In this document: positions 1 to 9,587 of the stretch, in pieces | How the letters are laid out: each line of letters opens with the position of its first letter | Position numbering within the stretch: the stretch's first letter is position 1 | DNA from: a virus | Lineage: Duplodnaviria; Caudoviricetes | Length of the DNA: 64,000 bases | Reading direction: 5' to 3' (one strand) | IMG/VR virus record: IMGVR_UViG_3300011008_000008 | Made by a program: the position numbers and the translations under genes | The notes under the pieces: model-generated | Database searches by the model: none | What the model was told of the DNA's origin: nothing | Seen by the model: only the letters and a program-made list of their open reading frames with translations

Positions 1-49
1 ACAAATCCTGCTGTACTTCAGTTAAAATCATTTCTAAAAACTTCCTTTC

Positions 50-316
50 TTATAGTGTACTGCAATCAAACTTCGTATTACTCTGCTTTAGATAAACATC
101 AACATATAATTCGTTGGCATCTCTGTTGTAGGTCACTTCCGGATAATAGTGCCCCAGCTTTTGTGCATATAACGTACACTTTTTGAAACCAAGTTCATGT
201 GCAAACCAAACAAACTGCAATTCGGAGATCGTAAGCTCCAAATTAAACTGCTCCTTCATCACCTTGATTACCGCTGTCTTTGCAATTCTTTCAAATTCAC
301 TCGTTGTCATGATCAT
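50..316 (-). CDS. Hypothetical phage protein
   Basis: ORF with upstream AAGGGAG RBS, co-oriented with neighbours. Confidence 0.6.
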   Translation of the reverse strand: MIMTTSEFERIAKTAVIKVMKEQFNLELTISELQFVWFAHELGFKKCTLYAQKLGHYYPEVTYNRDANELYVDVYLKQSNTKFDCSTL

Positions 317-324
317 TCTCCCTT

Positions 325-669
325 TTAATAATACTTCTTTGCTTCGTGTTTGCCCTTAACTCTATGTGCTTTTACATCATCCATAAAGCATTGAGACAGA
401 CTCACAATATAGGCTGGCTTTTCCCCGAAACAGACCATAGCCATGTTTTCTTCTGAGTCTATCAATACCGTTGTATACTCGGATGTCATTGTTTGACCAT
501 AGCAGTATCCCGGTTCAGCGAATCCGCCGCCAGTATTAGGCCAGGTTTGTGGAAACATATATATTTGATCTGCTTGACCGAAATTGTAACCTTGTTTCTT
601 TATTTCTGCAATACGCTGATAGAATATGTAATTAAGCAATTCAATGTTTGGGATGGTCAAATGCTTCAC
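325..669 (-). CDS. Hypothetical phage protein
   Basis: ORF in minus-strand operon; MFPQTWPNTGGGF motif. Confidence 0.6.
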   Translation of the reverse strand: MKHLTIPNIELLNYIFYQRIAEIKKQGYNFGQADQIYMFPQTWPNTGGGFAEPGYCYGQTMTSEYTTVLIDSEENMAMVCFGEKPAYIVSLSQCFMDDVKAHRVKGKHEAKKYY

Positions 670-829
670 TTCCTATTATGTTTCTTATATTCTTTAAAAT
701 AATATGATACAATCAATCCCACCATGAAGAATATTGGGATTGCGATACATACAATATTCACTAAATATGTAATGATTAAATCAGCTTTTGCAACTCCAAC
801 AAGTATTTTTTGTTCGTAGTTCATCTTTA

Positions 830-1120
830 TTATATCCCTTCTGTTTCAATACGCTTTAGTAAATCATTGTATTTTGCATAAGCCTGTTGTTGTGATTGAC
901 CGCAATACAACCACTGGTCGCCATCCCACACATGCCATGTCGGTTCCCTGCCAAAGAAATCTTCATTGCCTATAATAGGGCCACTGTGTATCTTCTTCTT
1001 TGAGCAATACATACACAGTCGCTTGTTTAGTGTTTGTTCGATTAAATGTAATTCTTGCTTATTATCATTGCCCCATCTATAGAATGATTCAGCCCAGCGC
1101 TCTCTCCTGTTGTATTTCAT
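830..1120 (-). CDS. Hypothetical protein overlapping the RT 3' end
   Basis: ORF track; co-oriented. Confidence 0.5.
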   Translation of the reverse strand: MKYNRRERWAESFYRWGNDNKQELHLIEQTLNKRLCMYCSKKKIHSGPIIGNEDFFGREPTWHVWDGDQWLYCGQSQQQAYAKYNDLLKRIETEGI

Positions 1121-2156
1121 TGCTCTCCAGATATTCGTTAATGCTTTTAGTTAATTCACATCTTAAATGATAACAATTCCCATGTGACAAATGATTCATC
1201 ATAGACTGAAATATCTCGTCAAACTTCTTTCTTGACATCTTGCCAGCCTTGACAAGTTTGGCGCATTTGCGCAACTTCTTTTTTGTCTGACGTTTACGGT
1301 CTCCATTCAACTTGCGAATAACCTTGCCGTCATCGGTCAGATATACATGGAATCCAAGGAATCTAATACCCTTCTTAATCGGAACGATCTCTGTTTTACC
1401 ATTGAGCGTCAACCCATATTGCGCCAATAAGTCCTTGATCCTCACCAACAGAACCTTCAGCTTTTCTTTATCGTCACAGATGATATAAAAATCATCCATG
1501 TATCTGCCGTATAGATCAAAGCCGTATTCCTCAGTTATAACCTTGTCCAGTTCAGCAAGATACATAAGCGCGAAAACTTGACTGGTCTGGTTGCCCAGCG
1601 GCAAGCCATCGCCATCTACGCTATCAATCAGCAGATTGCATATCCATCGGATATTTTCGTCATCAAAGTATTGTGCAACAACTTCCTTCATCTTATCATG
1701 CTTGATTGAATAGAAGAATTTTGTAATGTCACACTTTAGAATATATCCTTGCGAGCCGTGGGTATTGTAGTAGTCAAGAAGATGTTTTGTCAGCCTGTCC
1801 AGACCAAACAGCGTACCTTTACCAAGTTGACCTGCGCAATTATCTATAATAAATTCATGCTGCATCCTCGGCAGCAGAACATAATCACACAGACAATGCT
1901 GTAAAACTTTGTCCCTAAACGCACCAGACTTTATTACTCTTCTCTTTGGTTCAGTTACAATAAACTCCTTATATAGAGAAATTCTATATGTATGCTGAAT
2001 AAGCTGTTGCTTCATGTCATAAAGGTTTTCAAGTGCCGAAGCCTTAAACTGCCTTGCCTCGGCACTCTTACCTTTACCACGAAGCGAAACCTTCATGGAT
2101 TTATAAAGGTGATCAAAGCATATCAGCTTTTCAAAATCATCAGAAAACTTTTGTAT
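1089..2156 (-). CDS. DGR reverse transcriptase (track start 2096; frame stays open to an ATA at 2156)
   Basis: GLPLGNQTSQ (DGR-type SQ motif), YGRYMDDF catalytic motif, FRDKVLQH, IRFLGFHVY; next to TR and avd. Confidence 0.93.
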   Translation of the reverse strand: MQKFSDDFEKLICFDHLYKSMKVSLRGKGKSAEARQFKASALENLYDMKQQLIQHTYRISLYKEFIVTEPKRRVIKSGAFRDKVLQHCLCDYVLLPRMQHEFIIDNCAGQLGKGTLFGLDRLTKHLLDYYNTHGSQGYILKCDITKFFYSIKHDKMKEVVAQYFDDENIRWICNLLIDSVDGDGLPLGNQTSQVFALMYLAELDKVITEEYGFDLYGRYMDDFYIICDDKEKLKVLLVRIKDLLAQYGLTLNGKTEIVPIKKGIRFLGFHVYLTDDGKVIRKLNGDRKRQTKKKLRKCAKLVKAGKMSRKKFDEIFQSMMNHLSHGNCYHLRCELTKSINEYLESNEIQQERALG

Positions 2157-2253
2157 TTATCCCACTACCTCATGAGAAGGGATATGCGCTCTTTTGATGT
2201 GGCGTACTCCTTTTAGTTTCAATAGAAACCTAATCGCTCTCACAATCCACCAG

Positions 2254-2334
2254 AACGGACGCACCCCGTTACTCCAATCACAGTTGTTCCAATTCAGCGT
2301 ACCATCGTCATTGACGTAACAAACGTTGCGAGCA
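2254..2334 (-). repeat. DGR template repeat (TR)
   Basis: 81-bp ungapped match to 2778-2858; 12 of 13 mismatches are at TR adenines (coding strand); AAC/AAT-rich. Confidence 0.95.
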
Positions 2335-2356
2335 GCAGCACATAACCCGTATTCAC

Positions 2357-2725
2357 CTATATATTTTTTGATCTCCATGAAAGCGTCATAAACTTTATAT
2401 CCTTTACAAGCCCTGTCCATTTTTCGCATGTCGCGCCGCTGATTAGCTTGGCATGCAAGCTGTATTCAATATAGGACATGAGCTTGTCGCAGTTGGAAAC
2501 TACGCTTGTTTGCAAGTCGTATTTACGATCCTTACGACTTGGCGAATTGGCAACAATGCCATTGGCATCTGTAGCACAGCTATGTATGTTCAACGCGCAT
2601 TCCTGCAATTTGTCCGATAGTCTTTTGAACTTTACCGGATAATGGTTTCTGCTCGTTGTCATATCAAAGACGCTTGTCATAAGCTCTTTGGCCTTATCAC
2701 CTATCGCAAATGTTCTATCACTCAA
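2357..2725 (-). CDS. avd: Avd-like accessory variability determinant (four-helix bundle)
   Basis: 122-aa helical protein (YPVKFKRLSDKLQECAL...KWTGLVKDIKFMTLSW) between target and TR/RT, the canonical DGR position. Confidence 0.82.
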   Translation of the reverse strand: MSDRTFAIGDKAKELMTSVFDMTTSRNHYPVKFKRLSDKLQECALNIHSCATDANGIVANSPSRKDRKYDLQTSVVSNCDKLMSYIEYSLHAKLISGATCEKWTGLVKDIKFMTLSWRSKNI

Positions 2726-2734
2726 GATTCAAGA

Positions 2735-3364
2735 TTAAACCTCGTCAAAATTCAAGATTGAAGAACTCAAGATGCAAAACGGACGCACCCCGCTACTCCA
2801 ACCACAGTCGTCCCAACCCAGCGCACCATCGCCACGGACGCAACAAACGCTGAGAGCATAACCATCTTCCTTACTAAACGGCGTAGCAAGCCACCACCAA
2901 TTACCATAAGCGGGCAGATACTCGCGGTAACGGCGATACAGATCGGCGGTCAGCAGCGAAACGTTGTCCTTAACATAATTCCCCTTGCCCGTGCCATCGT
3001 TGGCAGTCAGGTTCACGGTATGCTTGACAACATTATCAGCACCAACAGCATTACACAGCTCCTTATAAAAGTTATTATTGAGGAACTGGCGGATCTCGCT
3101 GGCCGCATAGTCGCCGGTCTTTTCGTCAAACCTGGCTTCCTTCACAAACTCCTTGGTGATCAGAGCTGTCGTATCTGTGCCATGTCCAAGAACGATGTAC
3201 TCACGCTTGCCGATCTTGACAGTCTTACCGGGCGCAACCTTGCCCAGCGGTTTGTCGCTCTGCTTCTTCTGGTTTTCATCAAAGATCAGGATAGAAAAAG
3301 TGCCATCATCGGACTGATTCACAGTTACCTTGACATTGGTGTTGTTAATAACATTGACGTTCAT
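2735..3364 (-). CDS. DGR target protein with C-terminal CLec-like (DUF6273-like) variable domain
   Basis: YAASEIRQFLN, WWWLATP...V...G......GVRP motifs; VR at 3' end. Confidence 0.88.
   Translation of the reverse strand: MNVNVINNTNVKVTVNQSDDGTFSILIFDENQKKQSDKPLGKVAPGKTVKIGKREYIVLGHGTDTTALITKEFVKEARFDEKTGDYAASEIRQFLNNNFYKELCNAVGADNVVKHTVNLTANDGTGKGNYVKDNVSLLTADLYRRYREYLPAYGNWWWLATPFSKEDGYALSVCCVRGDGALGWDDCGWSSGVRPFCILSSSILNFDEV
2778..2858 (-). repeat. DGR variable repeat (VR)
   Basis: Differs from TR by 11 A>G, 1 A>C and 1 non-A change; invariant GGGGTGCGTCCGTT at the 3' end (IMH-like). Confidence 0.95.
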
Positions 3365-3398
3365 CTTTCATTTCCTCCATATTCTTATTTACAAATCT

Positions 3399-3444
3399 AT
3401 TATAACTCCAGAGTTATGTATTGTCAATAGTTTTTTGTCTTATT
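3399..3444 (-). promoter_or_regulatory. Sigma-A promoter of the DGR operon with upstream AATAAGACA operator-like motif
   Basis: TTGACA (3422-3427)-17 bp-TATAAT (3399-3404) on minus strand. Confidence 0.85.
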
Positions 3445-3635
3445 AAGTAAATTATTTTTTAGACGTACTCTCGCTAACACGTCGCAATAACAAATATTAC
3501 TATTGCAACTACAATCAATACAATCGCCCAGCTTGGCACAATCTGCACGCTCCTCTAAAATCAAAATGCCCTTATTTACAGCTTTTTCTACTTCAAAAAC
3601 AGCAATGAAATACGTGTTTTATCGTCCTCTATATT

Positions 3636-3860
3636 TCAATCCTTCGGCAACTCCGGCAAGTGCATTCAATGACTGACCAGCCAAGGCGATTTTATGCCAT
3701 TCCACTTCCATCGTTTCTTTTCTTTGCCATCTATGTTAACGATCTCAAATTCCATACACAATACCTTATGTTTGTCATTACTCCACATAAGCTCTGTCGC
3801 AACGATATAATCTCCAGGCTGATCGGGCAGCTTGTCCTTCACACTAATCCAGTTATCCAT
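3636..3860 (-). pseudogene. DUF551-like protein with premature TGA at the conserved Trp
   Basis: WISVKDKLP N-terminus; reads VSH*MHLPELPKD* against family ending VTHWMPLPEPP. Confidence 0.6.
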
Positions 3861-3883
3861 TCTAATACCTCGTCCTATGTTGT

Positions 3884-4213
3884 CTATGGTATGATCGATA
3901 TCAGCTTACCCTCATCATCAGAATCAGCTTTGCTTTCATACCATAACTTCATGACACATTGGATCGCATTTGCGGTCTCCATATCTCTTTGCTCAATTGC
4001 GTCATTCAGCATCATTTCAAGCCATGTTTTCGGTATGGCCTCAATTGTAGGTATGTGTTTCATCACATCCCTGAAAGATTGTGTTGAGTAATACATGGCA
4101 ATATGTTCAAATGGTTTGTCACGATCATCTGCTTCATCCAGCGCAGCGCTAAACTCGGAATTGACCAATCGCCTGTCAAAACCATCAGCATCAATCAGCC
4201 TCATCCGGTTCAC
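3884..4213 (-). CDS. Hypothetical phage protein (MRLIDAD family)
   Basis: RLIDAD...PTIEAIP motif common in Firmicutes phage ORFs. Confidence 0.6.
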   Translation of the reverse strand: MNRMRLIDADGFDRRLVNSEFSAALDEADDRDKPFEHIAMYYSTQSFRDVMKHIPTIEAIPKTWLEMMLNDAIEQRDMETANAIQCVMKLWYESKADSDDEGKLISIIP

Positions 4214-4553
4214 CCCTATCGTAATCCTCTACAATGTTATCAAGATTGCGCCACGGCAACGCCTTTACATGTGCTCCATCCTTCGATACATAAATACGTC
4301 GCTGCATATTATCATCCCGGATTTCCTCAAACTCATACATTTCACATCCGAGTTCAAGATCATATACCTTATCATCTTCACAGGCTGGCATACATATGTG
4401 ACCTTCACAATGGCACTTCAAAACAATGCGCGTTAGCAAACGCTCGGCCAATCTGCGGAAACGACGTTCGCCAATGTATTCACAAACAGAAATGACGATA
4501 TTTAAAAACGCCAGAAACAGCATGATAGAAATCAAAATAATCATCGTTGACAT
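4191..4553 (-). CDS. Hypothetical membrane-anchored protein
   Basis: Hydrophobic N-terminus, GGAGG RBS. Confidence 0.55.
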   Translation of the reverse strand: MSTMIILISIMLFLAFLNIVISVCEYIGERRFRRLAERLLTRIVLKCHCEGHICMPACEDDKVYDLELGCEMYEFEEIRDDNMQRRIYVSKDGAHVKALPWRNLDNIVEDYDRGEPDEAD

Positions 4554-4604
4554 CGTATAACCTCCAAAGTTGCTTATTTTTTTAAATGTGCTTTTGTTAG
4601 TCTG

Positions 4605-4949
4605 CTATTCATTTTTGAAAAACTCTTTCTGGTCGAACCATTTATCTTCGATGATATTACCGATCTTGCTTATGATACTGCCCCGGCCATCCGAAACGAC
4701 GCGACAGTATTTACCATTCAAATCCTCCCAACGCTCGACACCAACCACATCCATAATGCGCATAAGGGCTTCGAGACCTTTTGCGGAGCCGTCAAAATGA
4801 TCTGACCCAAGGTAGCCGTGCCCTATGCAGATGCCGCCGTATATACAGCCAGCGCCGCCCATATCGAGTGTTAGGCCATATGTTAAACACCCATGATCAC
4901 GCATTGAAAGAGACACATTAGTAATCTTCGCATTCATTATTTCTGTCAT
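4605..4949 (-). CDS. Conserved phage hypothetical protein
   Basis: NAKITNVSLSMRDHGCLT motif; AGGAG RBS. Confidence 0.65.
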   Translation of the reverse strand: MTEIMNAKITNVSLSMRDHGCLTYGLTLDMGGAGCIYGGICIGHGYLGSDHFDGSAKGLEALMRIMDVVGVERWEDLNGKYCRVVSDGRGSIISKIGNIIEDKWFDQKEFFKNE

Positions 4950-5034
4950 TTAAGTATTCTCCTTTGTTTTGATTTTCTGCCACCTGGTAAAAACACCGAA
5001 TCGGTGTATTTTGTACAAACTATGCATTTCATTC

Positions 5035-5343
5035 TCACACAACCATCACGGAGGGCATAGTATCTACAAAATTAAACAGTTGTACATAATCACTATAGTC
5101 AGTAAAACCACCACTACTATTAGCAGCATTTATCCCATCTAATACATCCAGTCGGCTCACCGCATTATCGCAGAATCGCGTTTCCAGCATAGCGATCACA
5201 CCGGCGTACATCTCGTTCAATTCACCATCATCCTGCACCAAATCGCAGATTTCACATCTGTCACATCCAGTCTCCGCTTTTCTGTTCACACATTTGCGTT
5301 CGATTTTTAGAAGTTCAATCATGCGCTCAATGGTCATTCCCAC
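5035..5343 (-). CDS. Hypothetical protein with CxxC and CDNAVSR module
   Basis: ORF track; module shared with 18822-19391. Confidence 0.55.
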   Translation of the reverse strand: MGMTIERMIELLKIERKCVNRKAETGCDRCEICDLVQDDGELNEMYAGVIAMLETRFCDNAVSRLDVLDGINAANSSGGFTDYSDYVQLFNFVDTMPSVMVV

Positions 5344-5750
5344 TTCACTGCCTCTCGTTGCTCATTTGTCGGTTTTTTATTCCAGCAACGCCATTTAATA
5401 TTGTAATCCCATGTGTCTAAATACTGTTCACCATCTTCATCTACCCAATAAAACCCGGCAGTATTATCATCATAGACAGCCACCGTCAACGCCGGGAATA
5501 ACTCATCATATTGTAGAGTTTCAATCCAAACTATCTCTGTATCACAGACTTCATCCAGTGTCATAACACGCGGTTCAAGCGCTTTCAGCAGAGCAATAGC
5601 ATCGCTGTACATTTGTTCATATTCTTTATACTTATAATCAAACTCTTCCACTGATCTATTTATCGCACTACATGCACAGTAAAAGATTTTCTGTTCTTCC
5701 AGAAATCGTATAACATTATTCCGCTTCTCCTGTTCAGTCATCCACCCCAC
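5334..5750 (-). CDS. WRCW-motif paralogue family protein
   Basis: EPRVMTLDEV...WRCWNKKPTNEQREAVKW. Confidence 0.65.
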   Translation of the reverse strand: MGWMTEQEKRNNVIRFLEEQKIFYCACSAINRSVEEFDYKYKEYEQMYSDAIALLKALEPRVMTLDEVCDTEIVWIETLQYDELFPALTVAVYDDNTAGFYWVDEDGEQYLDTWDYNIKWRCWNKKPTNEQREAVKWE

Positions 5751-5828
5751 ACCCTTCTATAATAGTCCCTACGTAGTTTGGCCTTGAATCTCTCCAATGC
5801 CCTTTGCAACGGGCTTTCGCCACGATAT

Positions 5829-6071
5829 TCAGTCATCATTTGCCCTCCGGTTCCAATCTTCGACCACAGACTCAAAAGCATCTGTATATTCTTTAAGTGA
5901 TACAAGCGGCAATTTCCTTGTTGCATTAAAAATCTTACTTCGCTCACAGCATTTCTTTTTACAACGAGCTACGACTTTTAATTTTACTTCAGTACCATAT
6001 TGTAATCCATAAAATTCAACACCACTTTCTGCCACGCCTCCGCAGAACGGGCATGGTTTTAGATTATACAT
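5829..6071 (-). CDS. Lar-family restriction alleviation-like protein
   Basis: LKPCPFCGG...C..C...WNRRA signature. Confidence 0.7.
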   Translation of the reverse strand: MYNLKPCPFCGGVAESGVEFYGLQYGTEVKLKVVARCKKKCCERSKIFNATRKLPLVSLKEYTDAFESVVEDWNRRANDD

Positions 6072-6594
6072 TCCACTTTTCCGCCTCTCTTTGTTCGTTT
6101 GTAGGGCATAATGTCCAACAACGCCAGGTTATGCCATAAGTATCAAAATCTGCATGGTGCAAATACCAGTTCCGCAAGTAATAAATCTGATCGTGTACTT
6201 TGGTCTGAATGCCGAAACTTGATGTTTGATATATCAAAGTTTTACAACCCTTCGGATATTGTACACATGGCAATAAATGATCTACGATATTCACATGGAT
6301 TAATCGTGTAACGCCACCCCTATACTCAATCCAGCAGAAATTATCATCCGTATCTTCATCCGGTTTCATCTGTTCAATTTCCGCTGGTGTCATTACCATT
6401 GGCTTCTGAGATTTCAGCAAAGCTTCTTTGGGGATTGCTCTTTTCCCCATCGCCCATTCAATAAGCCCTACTGCCTGAAATGCAGCATCCTCGGAGACTA
6501 CCAGCTCGCTTAGGCAATCCATTATATCTCCGATCCTGACGTAATCATCGCGGTTTAAATACGTTCCTTCAAAACTGATTTTCTCTTGACTCAT
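6064..6594 (-). CDS. WRCW-motif paralogue family protein
   Basis: KPMVMT...YGITWRCWTLCPTNEQREAEKW. Confidence 0.65.
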   Translation of the reverse strand: MSQEKISFEGTYLNRDDYVRIGDIMDCLSELVVSEDAAFQAVGLIEWAMGKRAIPKEALLKSQKPMVMTPAEIEQMKPDEDTDDNFCWIEYRGGVTRLIHVNIVDHLLPCVQYPKGCKTLIYQTSSFGIQTKVHDQIYYLRNWYLHHADFDTYGITWRCWTLCPTNEQREAEKWNV

Positions 6595-6851
6595 TAGATT
6601 TTTCTCCTGTTTAGAATGCTACCACCATCTTCTTGAACAGCTTTGACACATAAGAGTTAATCCAGCATTGCTACATGTTTCGCATAAACGCCTTGTAGAA
6701 CGATTCATAATCCCCATATATCTAAACCCAGGATTATTATAAAATCCATCGCCTACCGGCACAGTACTACCTAAAGAATATAACTTCTTACCATCTTGAG
6801 TTATATGCTCTGCCAGATAATCTTCATACCCATATATGTTCTTTTGCTTTT

Positions 6852-7226
6852 CTATTCCCACTTCGGTCTGCCTCCAAATTGTTGTAGTTTATAGCTGCCA
6901 AACTGATTCACTTCTATGGTATAACATCCGCATGGCAATGCTCCAGCCAATGAATCGACAGTTCTTTCTACCTTTTCAAACCAATCCGTATTGATAAAAT
7001 CAGTATGCAAAATCACTGTGCCTCCGCAAAGCCTGTCAAAACAATTCCCGTCAGGCGTCCAGCAATTCTTTAGGCAACCATTAGCCATACTGCCATATGT
7101 ATCATCATCTTGATCATGATAGAAGATTGTGCCAGCTTTCAGCAATCCAAAGTCCTTCGTAAGTTTATAATAATCATATTCGGGGCTTGAAAATGCTCTA
7201 ATTGATTTTACCATTATGTCTTCCAT
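6852..7226 (-). CDS. Hypothetical protein
   Basis: ORF track, co-oriented. Confidence 0.55.
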   Translation of the reverse strand: MEDIMVKSIRAFSSPEYDYYKLTKDFGLLKAGTIFYHDQDDDTYGSMANGCLKNCWTPDGNCFDRLCGGTVILHTDFINTDWFEKVERTVDSLAGALPCGCYTIEVNQFGSYKLQQFGGRPKWE

Positions 7227-7681
7227 CTAAAAATTCCAGCGATCATCACCATACAAATACACGAAAGCAAAACAAACAAAATGCATTGTAAATATTGCTT
7301 CCTATTAATTCTTTCAATAGCTTCACATAATCCGCCAATCATATATATACCTGCACCAAGCAATGCAAAAGCTTTGATTACCAATTTTATCATTTAACCC
7401 ATCCTCATATAAATCAATTAATATAAACTGCTTTACACGTCTCGCAGCCCCAGTGTGGATATCCTGGATCTCCAAGATTATGCTCGTCAACTATTGCGAT
7501 GCTTTCTATAAAATCGCCATCAACAACAACCGGTAAATCAAGCGGGAATGCCATCAATGCAGTAATCAGTTGACCAACATTCATTGCATTCGCTGCAGAT
7601 TCCCGTTGACGTTTAAACCTTTCCTGCACCTCAATCGGCATTCCCGTTTCCATTATTCTGCTACCTCCATTATTTTCAACT

Positions 7682-8497
7682 CTACCGAAGCAAATCAATA
7701 TCAAGCTTATTCTTACGCAGTTTATTGTTATACACATTCACCATATGTCGCGCAACTCTAACACCGCCGTTGCCACGCTCGTCTCTGGAATCACGAATAA
7801 AACTTAATGCCGTATGCTTGCTCAGGCAATTAATCAACCGATCATAATCTACTGCTTTACCATATGTACCGTAAATTCTAAATAGTGCTGATGTAATATC
7901 ACTACTGGTTCTACCAGCACAATTACCCCATGCAGCATCAATAGTATCGATCACACGCTTCAATCCATCTGCGCCATATGTATCATGCCCTTTAATAATC
8001 GTTGCAAGACAAGTGAATGTATTCTCTCCTTCTTTCTTGCTCGGATTAATCTTATATCCCCGATCCTCCATAATGCTTTTGATTGTCATATAATTTGGCA
8101 TTTTCTCACCAGCAGCATTACCGGCATTCCATATATCTCGAATACTCACCCTACGTTCATTATCATGCTGTTTTGCAAACAACATCGCTTCATCTTCATA
8201 TGTAAGCCCATAATGAATTTGCGCTGGAATCTTCGCAATATTCATCTTTTTATATGCAAGCACACGATGTTGACCATTAAAACACCACAATCTACCATCT
8301 CTAAAAGAGAGTTCAATAGGATGCATTCTATGAATATCAAAATATTCAACTATATTAAGCACGACCTGTTTATTAATAGAGCGCTGATACTCAGCAAAGT
8401 TAACATCCTTAACAGCCACTTCAATCATAGTAATTTTCCTATTATTCATTATAAACATTCTCCTTTTACCTTTTGTAATATTTTTATTCGTATGCAA
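7682..8497 (-). CDS. ParB/DGQHR-like (DUF6551-like) protein
   Basis: YQRSIN...PIELSFRDGRLWCFNGQHRV motif. Confidence 0.7.
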   Translation of the reverse strand: MHTNKNITKGKRRMFIMNNRKITMIEVAVKDVNFAEYQRSINKQVVLNIVEYFDIHRMHPIELSFRDGRLWCFNGQHRVLAYKKMNIAKIPAQIHYGLTYEDEAMLFAKQHDNERRVSIRDIWNAGNAAGEKMPNYMTIKSIMEDRGYKINPSKKEGENTFTCLATIIKGHDTYGADGLKRVIDTIDAAWGNCAGRTSSDITSALFRIYGTYGKAVDYDRLINCLSKHTALSFIRDSRDERGNGGVRVARHMVNVYNNKLRKNKLDIDLLR

Positions 8498-9587
8498 GCA
8501 ACGTCGAAATAACTTCTTCGATTTCCTGATAGATTCTATTCAATTCACTACGGTTCTCTGTAGAAAGCTCATGGTACTTCTTTTCAAAGTCGGCACTTTC
8601 CATAAGACTACTGTACGTACTAACAAAATCTTGCGCACAACCTTTCAGCATAAATGCCAGTTCATTAATAGGCTCGCTACTAACAACCCCTCCAAACTCT
8701 TCCTCTGCACACAGTTCATATGCTTTTTTCCCGCGCTCTTTCTTACCTTGTTTTCTCTTATTATTAGCGATCTTTTCCTTTTGTCTTTGCCGCCTTGAAG
8801 AATTCTTCATCAGAGTATTTTCCTTCCTTAATGCTCTGATCTCTCTATCCTTCTCGTCCAGTGCCTCCTGATGCTCAGCTACAATATCCGCAGTAGCCTT
8901 TTCAATCTTATCCTGTAGCTCTTTGTCGGCACGTCGCCTCTCATCTTCCGCTTTACCTGTTACTTCATCTATTACAGCTTGCGCTTCCTTTCCAGTAACA
9001 GATTTATGTAAATCCAAAGCAGCAACTACTTTATCTTGAATATCCTTGTCCTGATGGGCAATATTTAATATCGTCGAATCTGCGATAAGGTTGTTTTTAT
9101 TAGCCTCTTTTAATTCTGGATGTTCTTCAACAACACCCATAATTGTTTTTGCAACGCTTGCCTGAACAGGCTTCATTCCAGCTTTTACTGCAATCTCCCC
9201 CTGCGTCAGCTCGGCATTATTCCTGTCGTTATACCACCTTTCCATTATTTTCCGTCGTTCATTAAGCTGATATGCCGTGCCCTCTATATTGCCACGCTGC
9301 TGAACATTTAATGCAACTAAATCATGTAGCATTTTTTCTTCATCACCATTATAATTTATAGTATCAGCAGCTATATTCCAAAGTCCAAGCTCTTTCTGTG
9401 CTCTCACTCTCTGATGCCCAGATATAATTACACCGTCGCTTGAAATCACAATAGGCTCACGCGCTCCGCCAGTTGATGCTATATCCCTCTTGAATTGTTC
9501 CCATTTTTCGCCTTGCATATCATCGAAAAGTTCTTTATTGCGAGGATGGTTCTTCAAATTAACAATAGATACAATACTGGTTCCCAT
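8484..9587 (-). CDS. ParB N-terminal-domain protein with HTH and coiled coil
   Basis: LKNHPRN...EPIVISSDGVIISGHQRVRA; LTQGEIAVKAGM HTH. Confidence 0.75.
   Translation of the reverse strand: MGTSIVSIVNLKNHPRNKELFDDMQGEKWEQFKRDIASTGGAREPIVISSDGVIISGHQRVRAQKELGLWNIAADTINYNGDEEKMLHDLVALNVQQRGNIEGTAYQLNERRKIMERWYNDRNNAELTQGEIAVKAGMKPVQASVAKTIMGVVEEHPELKEANKNNLIADSTILNIAHQDKDIQDKVVAALDLHKSVTGKEAQAVIDEVTGKAEDERRRADKELQDKIEKATADIVAEHQEALDEKDREIRALRKENTLMKNSSRRQRQKEKIANNKRKQGKKERGKKAYELCAEEEFGGVVSSEPINELAFMLKGCAQDFVSTYSSLMESADFEKKYHELSTENRSELNRIYQEIEEVISTLLAYE

Larger units (their letters stand above)
1089..3444 (-). mobile_element. Diversity-generating retroelement cassette (promoter-target/VR-avd-TR-RT)
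   Basis: All core components present and co-oriented. Confidence 0.92.

Noticed and set aside
1089-2096. RT as group II intron, retron or Abi RT
   Set aside because: SQ motif, avd neighbour and A-specific TR/VR pair identify a DGR; no maturase or endonuclease domain
2157-2429. 90-aa ORF as an independent protein gene
   Set aside because: It overlaps avd and is largely the TR read in the VR frame; kept only as a possible regulatory feature
3666-3668. Alternative genetic code (TGA=Trp)
   Set aside because: Single case; many genes end properly at TGA and long genes are intact under code 11
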